64,000 nucleotides of DNA from Patescibacteria group bacterium (lineage in GTDB: Bacteria; Patescibacteriota; Minisyncoccia; UBA6257; 2-01-FULL-56-20). Made by a program: the position numbers and the translations under genes. This document shows, piece by piece, positions 9,532-18,085 of the stretch (position 1 is its first letter; each line of letters starts with the position of its first letter). Under the pieces are notes generated by a model. It was not told where the DNA came from. It saw nothing but the letters and a program-made list of their open reading frames with translations, and did no database searches. The stretch spans positions 80,437 to 144,436 of the forward strand of contig JANLHI010000030.1 of the NCBI GenBank assembly GCA_024654525.1, in the 5' to 3' direction.

Positions 9532-10008
9532 CAGAAATTCACTTCATAAACAGGTCTAGACCGATTTATGAAGTGAGCGTCAGAACAATAAGGTTCCACA
9601 TGCGCTCATTGCTCTTTGGTTTTATGGAAAAAATAGCAGAAAAAAGAAGAGCTCTCTTCCAGAGGGAATGGCCTGTGGTGGAGTTGCCGCAACCGCAACG
9701 AAAAAAAAGGGGGGGTTCCAAACCTATTCCCGAATGGATGCGAAAACCCAAGTACAGGAGTCTTCTCTTGGAGAGAGTCTGAAGTCCGAAGGAACTTGCG
9801 TTCCTTTGGTTTATTATAACCCGAAGGGTGGTGACATGATGAGAAATCACTTTGTTATCACCCTTCCTAACCTTTTCACTATATTCACCATCTGAAGATT
9901 GCCGTATGCGAAACGATAATCTTCAGGTGCGCGCAACCACAAATGAGGGTTGGTACGCCTGTGATAGGGAAAGAAGTTTTTTGAAAACTTTAATAAGGTT
10001 GGAGGATT

Positions 10009-11346
10009 ATGATAGATTTGACACAATGGGTGAACCCCAAAACGAAAAGGACAATTCCGCTCTGCGGAAACGTGGTCCCGCGGAGCGAATTCCGCATGCC
10101 GTGCGAGCCGCTAAAAATCGGGATAGAGCTTGAGCTTCTTGTGCGCGACAAAAAGATGAATTCAGCGGGAATGCGGGCGCAGGAGGTATTCACGTCGGAC
10201 GCGGTGAGTCTCGACGGGAAAATCTCGGTAGAGGCTCTGGTGGATATAGTAGAGGTAAAGACCGACCCACACGCGGGAATTGCACAAGTCGTTCGTGACC
10301 TGCAAGGAACATGCGACGTACTCCAAAATTACTTTGCGAACGAGGGGTGCGCGTTGCTCCCTATTTCGCTCGCACCGCTTGAAGTAATTGGAACACCAAG
10401 TTTTAACCACTGTTTCATAAAGGAAATCGGGGTGAGAAAACATGGCGTGGGGGTATGCCGACTCGATGGTATCGCGAGTACGCAGTTCAATATCGACGTG
10501 GGGGAGGGCAATGCCTTGCTCTACGTCCATAAAGCGTTTCGCGGAATCGTGCCGCTTCTCGTATCACTCACCGCGAACTCGCCTTTCCACGGAGCGCTCA
10601 ACACGCACATGCTCGCGATGCGGGCAAACGTGCGAAGTATGCTCTTGGACTCCGGGGGGTGGATGGCGGAGAATATACACGAGACCGATTGGGCGGAATA
10701 CTTGGAACGGCGGGCGAGAATGTGCTCAATCGGGGCGGTAATGTCTGCGCCGTGGGCGCACAACGGACCGCTTCGGCTTCGGCCGGATAAGGGAATGTGC
10801 CTTGAAATTTCGCCGTGCGAAGTTATCCCGAGGTTTCGGGGTATCGGTACGATGGCGGATTTCTTAAGGAGGGTGGTGTTGGAACTCTTACAGTGCTACA
10901 TCTCGGGCGAGCCTCTCCCTGAATTCTTCGGCGCGAGCGAAGACCTCGCGGTGCAAAAGAATATGCAGGAATCGGTAATTAGGGGGCGGAATGGTACATT
11001 TCTCAATCGCAGTCTCGAAGGCGTATCGACGAGATATGCCCTTGAGCAACTCGTCGAGTGGGTGGACTCATTCAGTGCAAGGAAAGAAGCGAATGGAGAC
11101 CCCTCGTGGCAATGGAGCGAAACGGTTAACGCACTTTGGGACATCCTGGAGAACGGAACGCCCGCGGAACGAATGGTCGCGGAGTTTCAGAGGATCCACG
11201 ATTGTCCCAACCGCTTGGACGGGTGTCCGGCGTGCGGCGACTCCATTCGCGAAGTGTGTCGGGAAGTAGCGAAAGACTTCGCTGTGCAATTCAGTGGGGA
11301 GGCGCCTTGCGAGCAGGAGTGGAAAACTGAAATGATTGTGGCGTAG
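10009..11346 (+). CDS. carboxylate-amine ligase / glutamate-cysteine ligase family 2 (GCS2, YbdK-like) protein
   Basis: 445 aa; N-terminal LKIGIELELLVRD resembles the GCS2 LGVEEEFLLVD start; strong SD (ggagg) 5 nt before the ATG; noticeably GC-rich (about 55%). Confidence 0.45.
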   Translation: MIDLTQWVNPKTKRTIPLCGNVVPRSEFRMPCEPLKIGIELELLVRDKKMNSAGMRAQEVFTSDAVSLDGKISVEALVDIVEVKTDPHAGIAQVVRDLQGTCDVLQNYFANEGCALLPISLAPLEVIGTPSFNHCFIKEIGVRKHGVGVCRLDGIASTQFNIDVGEGNALLYVHKAFRGIVPLLVSLTANSPFHGALNTHMLAMRANVRSMLLDSGGWMAENIHETDWAEYLERRARMCSIGAVMSAPWAHNGPLRLRPDKGMCLEISPCEVIPRFRGIGTMADFLRRVVLELLQCYISGEPLPEFFGASEDLAVQKNMQESVIRGRNGTFLNRSLEGVSTRYALEQLVEWVDSFSARKEANGDPSWQWSETVNALWDILENGTPAERMVAEFQRIHDCPNRLDGCPACGDSIREVCREVAKDFAVQFSGEAPCEQEWKTEMIVA

Positions 11347-11431
11347 GTACACGGCTATGGAGTGTAGCTATGAAATAATATAAAAAGAGGCTGATTTTAC
11401 GATCGGCCTCTTTTGCATTTTACGTTTTATA

Positions 11432-12568
11432 TTGTATGCAGTAGTATATCCATACATGAACAAATCGGCGCTTCAAAAAATTTTATTTCAGCTTATTAAA
11501 TTCAAGTCCGAAACGAGAAATCAAGCGGAAGTGAAAAGAGCGGTTGATTATGTGGGGACGCTATTTCGCGGTACGCAGTACGGTGTAAAGAAATTCGCTC
11601 ATAAAGGTGTGCATTCGCTTATTATTTTTCCCACGCGAAGTGATTGGAGATATCCGAAAATATTACTCAACGGACACATTGATGTGGTTCCCGCACATGA
11701 TATGGCACAATTCAAGCCATATGAAAAGAATGGGAGAATATATGGACGAGGCGCAGTTGATATGAAGGGAGGGCTCACCGCGCTTATCGGAACACTTCTT
11801 GAGTTAGATGCTCAAAAAATTAAAAGTGATGTAGGGCTTATGATAACGGGAGATGAAGAGGTCGGCGGTGCGCACGGTGCGGGATTTTTGGTAGACGACA
11901 TGGGGTTGAGACCTCAATTTGCAATTGCGGGAGATGCACCTCGCCGAAGCGGTGTGGCGATTACCATCCATGGAAAAGGGGGTGTTTGGGTTGAGCTTAC
12001 TGCACGGGGAAAATCAGCACATGCGGCGCGACCATGGCTTGGGGAGAATGCGTTGGATAAATTGCATGACGCAATTGCAAAAATCAAACGTACTGTGGAA
12101 AAACGGGTTCCTTCTGATTCATGGGAAACCACCGTCACATTATCGGTTATTGAAACAGACAACCAAGCTCCGAATATAGTCCCGTCATATGCGAGGGGAG
12201 TGATTGATATTCGTTTTACGGAAACGTTTGCCGTGCACCCCGATGATGCGCATCGGAAATTAAAAGCGATGGTGCCGGAGGTTCAAGTAACGGCGCTTAC
12301 CAAAGTCATGCCTTTGATCAATGACTCAAAAAATAGTTTTATCAGAGATATTCAATCATCTTTTTCCCATACATTTGGAGAAAAAATTCCCTTGGTTCGC
12401 GAACATGGAGCAAGTGATGCACGTCATTTTATGACGTATAAAATTCCGAGTATCCTTGTGGGTACGATTGGGGATAATTGGCACACAAAAGACGAATGGG
12501 TGTCTATGGATAGCATTATGCTCCTTAAAGACGCACTTTTCGCATACCTTAAAAAACACGCAACATGA
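11432..12568 (+). CDS. M20 family metallopeptidase (ArgE/DapE/CPG2-like)
   Basis: 378 aa; LLNGHIDVVPA, GRGAVDMKGGLTA and GDEEVGG are the M20 metal-binding motifs; the start could instead be 11456. Confidence 0.8.
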   Translation: MYAVVYPYMNKSALQKILFQLIKFKSETRNQAEVKRAVDYVGTLFRGTQYGVKKFAHKGVHSLIIFPTRSDWRYPKILLNGHIDVVPAHDMAQFKPYEKNGRIYGRGAVDMKGGLTALIGTLLELDAQKIKSDVGLMITGDEEVGGAHGAGFLVDDMGLRPQFAIAGDAPRRSGVAITIHGKGGVWVELTARGKSAHAARPWLGENALDKLHDAIAKIKRTVEKRVPSDSWETTVTLSVIETDNQAPNIVPSYARGVIDIRFTETFAVHPDDAHRKLKAMVPEVQVTALTKVMPLINDSKNSFIRDIQSSFSHTFGEKIPLVREHGASDARHFMTYKIPSILVGTIGDNWHTKDEWVSMDSIMLLKDALFAYLKKHAT

Positions 12569-13560
12569 AACTTTCCATCGGCATAGTCGGTCTTCCGAAT
12601 GTGGGGAAATCCACGCTTTTTAGTCTGCTCACCAAGCAGAATATTTTGATTGCGAATTACCCCTTTGCGACGATTGATCCTAATGTAGGAGTGGTACCGG
12701 TCGTGGACGAACGATTAAAAGTACTTACGAAGATGAGTACTTCAAAGAAGACTATTCCTGCAGTGGTGGAGTTCTATGACATTGCGGGGTTGGTGAAGGG
12801 GGCAAATAAAGGAGAAGGGCTTGGAAATCAATTCCTTTCTCATATTCGTGAAACACAGGCAATTGTGGTGGTGCTGAGAGTATTTACCGATTCCACCGTG
12901 GTGCACGTGGAACAAAGTGTGGATCCTTTGCGGGATATGGAAATTATCAACACGGAGCTTGCGTTGAAGGATCTAGAAACTGTTGAAAAGCGATTTAAAA
13001 AGCTTGAAGGAGAAGCAAAGGCGGGTGATAAAGTTGCGGTTAAGAATTTCGAAGTATTAAAAGAAATAAAATCTGCGCTCGAATCGGGAGAATCGATTGT
13101 GCGTTTTTATGATGAGGAAATAGCAAAGGAACTTGCATTGTTGAGCTCAAAACGAAGATTCTATCTTTTAAACGGTGAACCGGAAGAAGTTCCGGAATCG
13201 CTTACGAAAAAAATACAAGAGAGAGGAGAGGATTATATAGTGGCAAATGTGGCGCTTGCAGATGAGTTTCTAGAGCTTACGCGAAAAGCGTATGAAGTTC
13301 TTGATCTTATCAGTTTCTTTACTACCGGGGAGGATGAGACGCGCGCGTGGACGATTGAGCGTGGTTCAAAAGTTCCGCAAGCGGCGGGAGTGATTCATAC
13401 CGACTTCGAGAAAAATTTTATTCGTGCGGAAGTGGTCGCGTATGATAAGCTTGTCGAGGCTCAAGGATGGAGCAAGGCGCGCGAGAAAGGATGCATGAGA
13501 CTTGAAGGTAAGGATTATGTTGTCCAAGATGGAGATGTGATGGTTATCAGACATGGGTGA
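12565..13560 (+). CDS. ychF: redox-regulated ribosome-binding ATPase YchF
   Basis: GIVGLPNVGKSTLF P-loop, ANYPFATIDPNVG and a C-terminal TGS-like domain (DGDVMVIRHG); ATGA overlap with the upstream gene. Confidence 0.9.
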   Translation: MKLSIGIVGLPNVGKSTLFSLLTKQNILIANYPFATIDPNVGVVPVVDERLKVLTKMSTSKKTIPAVVEFYDIAGLVKGANKGEGLGNQFLSHIRETQAIVVVLRVFTDSTVVHVEQSVDPLRDMEIINTELALKDLETVEKRFKKLEGEAKAGDKVAVKNFEVLKEIKSALESGESIVRFYDEEIAKELALLSSKRRFYLLNGEPEEVPESLTKKIQERGEDYIVANVALADEFLELTRKAYEVLDLISFFTTGEDETRAWTIERGSKVPQAAGVIHTDFEKNFIRAEVVAYDKLVEAQGWSKAREKGCMRLEGKDYVVQDGDVMVIRHG

Positions 13561-13656
13561 AATTGCGAATAACAAAATCCAAATTTCAAAAAATCAAAGT
13601 ATTTGAATTTTGATTATTTTTTTAGTATTTGAATTTTTGAATTCAGGATTTTCTTT

Positions 13657-14391
13657 ATGAAGAAATCAATTATTAAAGTTAATAACCTTGTAAAGCGTTT
13701 TGGGAATGTTACTGCGGTGGACGGTATTTCTTTTGATATGCATGAGGGGGATATTACTGGGCTTTTGGGTCCGAATGGTGCGGGGAAGACGACTACTATT
13801 CAGATGATTTTAGATGTTATCACTCCTACGTCCGGTGAAATTCGGATTTTTGATCTTGACATGAAGCACCACCGCGAGGAGATTCTCTCGAAGACAAATT
13901 TTTCATCACCCTATGTAACGCTCCCAAATAGTTTGAAGGTATGGGAGAACCTTAATGTGTTTGCGGGTCTTTATGGTGTGAGAAACTCCGGTGCAAAGAT
14001 AAAGGAATTAGTGGAACAATTCGACCTTGTCGATTCATTGTCGAAGCTTACTTCAAAACTTTCCACCGGTCAGCTTACGCGGTTAAACCTTGTAAAGGCC
14101 CTTTTAAACGATCCAAGGCTTTTACTTCTTGATGAGCCGACCGCCTCGCTCGATCCGGATATTGCCGATCGTGTGCAACACATGCTCCTTAAAATTCGCA
14201 AAGAGAAGGGGATTACGATATTGTACACTTCCCACAATATGAAGGAGGTTGAAGCGCTTTGCGACCGTGTGATATTCATTAATCATGGAAAAATAGTCGA
14301 TGATGGTACCCCTGCGGATTTAGTGAAGAAGTATGGGCATGAAGATTTAAATGACGTGTTTTTGCACATCGCGAGAAGCGATTCTAAATAA
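13657..14391 (+). CDS. ABC transporter ATP-binding protein
   Basis: Walker A GPNGAGKTTT, LSTGQ signature and LLLLDEP Walker B. Confidence 0.85.
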   Translation: MKKSIIKVNNLVKRFGNVTAVDGISFDMHEGDITGLLGPNGAGKTTTIQMILDVITPTSGEIRIFDLDMKHHREEILSKTNFSSPYVTLPNSLKVWENLNVFAGLYGVRNSGAKIKELVEQFDLVDSLSKLTSKLSTGQLTRLNLVKALLNDPRLLLLDEPTASLDPDIADRVQHMLLKIRKEKGITILYTSHNMKEVEALCDRVIFINHGKIVDDGTPADLVKKYGHEDLNDVFLHIARSDSK

Positions 14392-14484
14392 AAATGTAAA
14401 TGTCACAATGGAAAATGACAATGTAAAATATTCAATCCACTGTTCATTTCGGACTTTAAATTGTCATTTTAAATTTTTAATTTT

Positions 14485-15273
14485 ATGAAATTCTATCGCG
14501 TCAAAGCGCTTCTCATGAGAAACTTATATCTTTATAAGCGGAGTTTACCGCGCATCATGGATATTCTTTACTGGCCGGTGATGGAACTCCTTATCTGGGG
14601 ATTCTTGAGTGTATATCTCGAAAAGCTCAATTTTGGCGGAGTAAGCGTGGTAACGGTGCTTCTTGGAGGGATACTCTTTTGGGAGCTTTTGAGTCGTGCG
14701 CAGGGAGCGGTTTCCGTCGCATTTCTCGAGGATGTATGGGAAAGGAATTTTTTAAATATTTTTGTAACACCGCTCAAGACTATCGAGTTGCTTGCGGCAT
14801 GGTTTTTAATTGGCCTTGTCCGCATCGTGCTTGTGGGGATTGTTGCGGGTGGATTGGCATTTCTTTTCTATAAATTCAATATTTTCACTTTTGGTATTTA
14901 TCTTATTCCGTTTGTTCTGAACCTCCTCCTTTTTGGATGGATTGCAGGACTTTTTGCAATCGGAATCATTCTTCGCTACGGATCATCCGCTCAGATCATT
15001 GCATGGGGAATTCTCTTTCTTATTCAACCCTTCGTTGCGGTGTTTTACCCTGTTTCCGCTTTACCCCAATCAATCCAGTGGATTTGTTGGATTTTACCTC
15101 CTACCTATGTTTTTGAAGGCATGCGTACGGTGCTTGCAACGGGAGTTCTTCCTTTTCGGGATTTTTTACTGGCGGCGGGAACAAACGCAATATATCTCGT
15201 ACTGGTAGTTTGGTTTTTCTTCCGAATGTTTGCACGCGTAAAAGAGAAGGGGCTATTACTAAAACTTGATTAA
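14485..15273 (+). CDS. ABC-2 type transporter permease
   Basis: 262 aa, six predicted TM helices, immediately downstream of the ABC ATPase. Confidence 0.7.
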   Translation: MKFYRVKALLMRNLYLYKRSLPRIMDILYWPVMELLIWGFLSVYLEKLNFGGVSVVTVLLGGILFWELLSRAQGAVSVAFLEDVWERNFLNIFVTPLKTIELLAAWFLIGLVRIVLVGIVAGGLAFLFYKFNIFTFGIYLIPFVLNLLLFGWIAGLFAIGIILRYGSSAQIIAWGILFLIQPFVAVFYPVSALPQSIQWICWILPPTYVFEGMRTVLATGVLPFRDFLLAAGTNAIYLVLVVWFFFRMFARVKEKGLLLKLD

Positions 15274-15283
15274 GTAACTTTTT

Positions 15284-15317
15284 CCTGCATATACCCGCCA
15301 TGGCGGGTATATGCAGG
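15284..15317. repeat. 34-bp perfect palindrome cctGCATATACccGCCATGGCggGTATATGCagg (copy A), 25 bp upstream of the PaaX-like gene
   Basis: Perfect inverted repeat centred on CCATGG; second copy at 15912..15941 with symmetric compensatory changes. Confidence 0.8.
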
Positions 15318-15324
15318 AAAAAAA

Positions 15325-15333
15325 TGATATGAT
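15325..15333 (+). promoter_or_regulatory. candidate extended -10 element (TGaTATGAT) for the PaaX-like gene; implies a (near-)leaderless transcript
   Basis: TGnTATGAT-type match 8 nt before the ATG at 15342, directly downstream of palindrome A; no Shine-Dalgarno sequence before the ATG. Confidence 0.3.
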
Positions 15334-15341
15334 GAAAACAC

Positions 15342-15890
15342 ATGTCACGAGGACCTGGGAAAATTCAGAAGAGAGTATTATTACTACTTCAAGCAGGAAT
15401 AGCGCTTTCACTTTCGATATCTCCGCAACGGCAGTTAAGGGTTTTAAAAGGGATGCATAAGGAATGGAAAAAGATTGATAGTGAGGTACTATCTCGTTCT
15501 ATTCAAGCGCTCTACCAGAGTAAGCTGGTGAGTTTCCATGAACGAGGAGAGAAAGTTGATATGGTGCTTTCAAAAGAAGGGGAGAAGAAAGTTCTTACGT
15601 ATGCTATTGATAATATTTCGGTGAAGAAGCCCGTGCGTTGGGATGGGAAATGGAGGATTGTACTGTTTGATATACCGAAAGATGAAAAAAAAGCCAGAGA
15701 AGCGTTTCGTTCTCATTTATATCGTTTTGGATTTCGTATGTTGCAAAAAAGTGTATTTGTATTTCCTTATCCCTGCGATGACGAGATTGATTTTCTTGTT
15801 GAATGCTACGAATTACAACGATATGTAAGAAGGATTGTTGCAGATGATATAGATAACGGGTTACACCTCAAGAAAATATTTAATGTATAA
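15342..15890 (+). CDS. PaaX-family transcriptional regulator, short form (winged HTH plus a PaaX-like central domain)
   Basis: 182 aa; the N-terminal wHTH (ALYQSKLVSFHERGEKVDMVLSKEG) and WDGKWRIVLFDIPKDEKKAREAFRSHLYRFGFRMLQKSVFVFP match the PaaX W.G.W..V.F..P...R..R..LR..L...GF..L...VW..P block. Confidence 0.5.
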   Translation: MSRGPGKIQKRVLLLLQAGIALSLSISPQRQLRVLKGMHKEWKKIDSEVLSRSIQALYQSKLVSFHERGEKVDMVLSKEGEKKVLTYAIDNISVKKPVRWDGKWRIVLFDIPKDEKKAREAFRSHLYRFGFRMLQKSVFVFPYPCDDEIDFLVECYELQRYVRRIVADDIDNGLHLKKIFNV

Positions 15891-15911
15891 GTAGTTGTCA
15901 TGGATTGCGGT

Positions 15912-15941
15912 CGCATATACTTGCCATGGCAAGTATATGCG
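15912..15941. repeat. 30-bp perfect palindrome cGCATATACttGCCATGGCaaGTATATGCg (copy B)
   Basis: Same core as copy A (GCATATAC NN GCCATGGC NN GTATATGC) with cc/gg replaced by tt/aa, so palindromic symmetry is preserved. Confidence 0.8.
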
Positions 15942-15976
15942 GAAAAAAGAAGTGAGATAAAGAGAATTAAATACGG

Positions 15977-16639
15977 TTAAGATCGGCGTTCCAGCGCACT
16001 TCCAAGCGTTTCGTCGTCTGCAAATTCAATCTCACCGCCTGTAGGGAGTCCTCTCCCCAGATAACTTATTTTTTTTGTGAATGGTTTGAGTTCCCTGGCG
16101 ATAAGAGATGCGCTGAAATCGCCGACAGATGTAGGGTTGAATCCAAGTATGATTTCTTCTGTGTGCCCTGAGCCCGCCGAAGGAATGAGTTCTTTTTGTA
16201 TAAGCGATTTTAAGTGTGCGAGACGTAGGTTTTGCCACTCTTCAAGGATTCCTGTCTTTGGAATTTCTCCGATAATAAAATAATGACCATTGAATTTTCC
16301 GCTTTTTTCCAGGGATATAAGATCTGTTTCTTTTTCAACCACCATAATAATAGTTGGCGTACGGCGAGGGTCTTTGCAAATATGGCACCGTAATTTTTGA
16401 TTTTGATCTTTGTTGTCGGCATGTGGTGAGAGTTCTGATTTTGGAGCTTGTGTGGGGAAGAAACAGTGAGTGCAGGGTTGAATGGTACGCATGTCATGTA
16501 TCGCATCACCCAATTCTTTCATGCTGATATTGCCCATGCGAAGAAGGTGAAATGCAAGGCGTGTAGCTTGCCGAGGTCCGAGCGACGGAAGCTCGGAGAG
16601 TTTTGCGATAAACTGCTCAATAGGAGAGGGGAGACGCAT
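15977..16639 (-). CDS. recR: recombination protein RecR
   Basis: MRLPSPIEQFIAKLSELPSLGPRQATRLAFHLL (HhH), a C4 zinc finger (CTHC...CHIC) and a Toprim domain; the ORF track extends to 16795 but the start was moved to the internal Met just after the dnaB stop. Confidence 0.85.
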   Translation of the reverse strand: MRLPSPIEQFIAKLSELPSLGPRQATRLAFHLLRMGNISMKELGDAIHDMRTIQPCTHCFFPTQAPKSELSPHADNKDQNQKLRCHICKDPRRTPTIIMVVEKETDLISLEKSGKFNGHYFIIGEIPKTGILEEWQNLRLAHLKSLIQKELIPSAGSGHTEEIILGFNPTSVGDFSASLIARELKPFTKKISYLGRGLPTGGEIEFADDETLGSALERRS

Positions 16640-16643
16640 TTCT

Positions 16644-18014
16644 TTAAAACTCTGTATTTTCTCCCATTCGAGTTTCAATCGTACGGAATGAAGTGTGCTC
16701 CGCATCGAAATAAAGATCGACGGAACCAAGAGGACCATTTCGGTGTTTTGCAATCGAGATTTGTGCGATGTTTTGTTCTTCGGGAAGGACATCAAGTTTA
16801 TCGCGGTCTTTGCGATAGATGAACATCACAACATCTGCATCTTGTTCAATTGCTCCCGATTCGCGAAGGTCTGAAAGGCGCGGCATTTTATGGTCGCGCT
16901 GATCGACCGCGCGATTTAGCTGGGAAAGAGTGAGAACGGGGACTTTAAGTTCTCGCGCAAGAGCTTTGAGTCCACGGGAAATTTCTGTGACCTGCTGTAC
17001 TACGTTGTCGCTTTTTGTACGTGGGGTGAGGAGTTGGAGATAATCAACGGTGAGGAGTCCAAGTCCATGCTCTACTTGAAGACGGCGCGCCATAGAGCGC
17101 ATTTGTATGATATTTAATGATGGAGTGTCGTCGATGAATATATTTGCCTGTGACAGTCGGTCAAGTGCCTGTTGAATCATTTGAAATTCGGTGTCGTTAC
17201 TTATTTTTCCGGTAAGGATTTTCCAAAGCGATACCTGAGATTCTGCGGAAACCAAACGATCAATAACTTGTTCGCGTGACATTTCAAGCGAGAATATGCC
17301 TACGGGAATACCTTCCTTGGTTGCGGCATGTCGCGCAATATCAAGCATAAGCGATGTTTTTCCAAGTGATGGACGTGCGCCAAGCACGACAAGGTCGGAT
17401 TTTTGCAGTCCGGAAAGTATGTTATCGAGACCATCAAAGCCGGTAGGTACGCCACGATGACGTCCTTTTCCTTGATGGAGTTGTTCAATGCGTTCGTATG
17501 CCGCTTTCAGTTCGTCTTTGAGCGGAACGAAGTTTTTTGGCATAGATTTCTGCGATATCGCAAGAATTTTTTGTTCGATATCATCCATCATTTCTTCGAT
17601 GTCGCGCGATGCATCAAAGGCATCCTCGGTAATTTCACCGGATGCTTTAATCAGGTCTCGTAAAACCTTTTTTTCCTTTACCAGTTGCGCGTAGTGAGTG
17701 ATGTGCGATGCGGTCGCGATTTGATTGGTAAGTTCGGCAAGATAACTTGAACCGCCGATGTCTTTCAACGAGCCTTTCTCTTTAAGAAGGTTTCCAACGC
17801 TTATCACATCAATTGGCTGATGTTTTTGATATAAATCAAGGATTGCATCATAAATTCTTTCGTGTCCTGGGGAATAAAAATCTTGTGAGGAAAGTATATC
17901 TGCGACTTTAAAAATGGCATTCTTGTCGATGAGAATGCCGCCAAGGACTGCTTGTTCCGCCTCCATATTTTGAGGAGGAACCTTCAATTTGTTTTGTGGG
18001 GGATTAGGCGACAT
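16644..18014 (-). CDS. dnaB: replicative DNA helicase DnaB
   Basis: 456 aa; N-terminal DnaB domain (NMEAEQAVLGGILID), Walker A GARPSLGKTS and the RecA-like C-terminal domain. Confidence 0.9.
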   Translation of the reverse strand: MSPNPPQNKLKVPPQNMEAEQAVLGGILIDKNAIFKVADILSSQDFYSPGHERIYDAILDLYQKHQPIDVISVGNLLKEKGSLKDIGGSSYLAELTNQIATASHITHYAQLVKEKKVLRDLIKASGEITEDAFDASRDIEEMMDDIEQKILAISQKSMPKNFVPLKDELKAAYERIEQLHQGKGRHRGVPTGFDGLDNILSGLQKSDLVVLGARPSLGKTSLMLDIARHAATKEGIPVGIFSLEMSREQVIDRLVSAESQVSLWKILTGKISNDTEFQMIQQALDRLSQANIFIDDTPSLNIIQMRSMARRLQVEHGLGLLTVDYLQLLTPRTKSDNVVQQVTEISRGLKALARELKVPVLTLSQLNRAVDQRDHKMPRLSDLRESGAIEQDADVVMFIYRKDRDKLDVLPEEQNIAQISIAKHRNGPLGSVDLYFDAEHTSFRTIETRMGENTEF

Positions 18015-18085
18015 AAAGTAAACTTCTCATTTACAAACCCAATATCCAACTTCTCAAGCTTGGCTATCGTAGCGCTTAAACCTTA

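Noticed and set aside
9522-9895. Small ORFs (86, 94 and 75 aa) in the 9305..10008 gap
   Set aside because: Overlapping, on both strands, no RBS, low-complexity products. The region is better explained as non-coding or structured.
15342-15890. Stand-alone Cas2 (RIVLFDIPKDEKKAREAFRSHLYRFGFRMLQKSVFVF resembles the Cas2 beta1-alpha1-beta2 region)
   Set aside because: The N-terminal winged helix plus the W.G.W..V.F..P...R block fit the PaaX regulator family better. There is no CRISPR array, cas1 or other cas gene in the window.
16448-16822. 124-aa plus-strand ORF spanning the dnaB/recR junction
   Set aside because: Antisense to two well-supported minus-strand genes.
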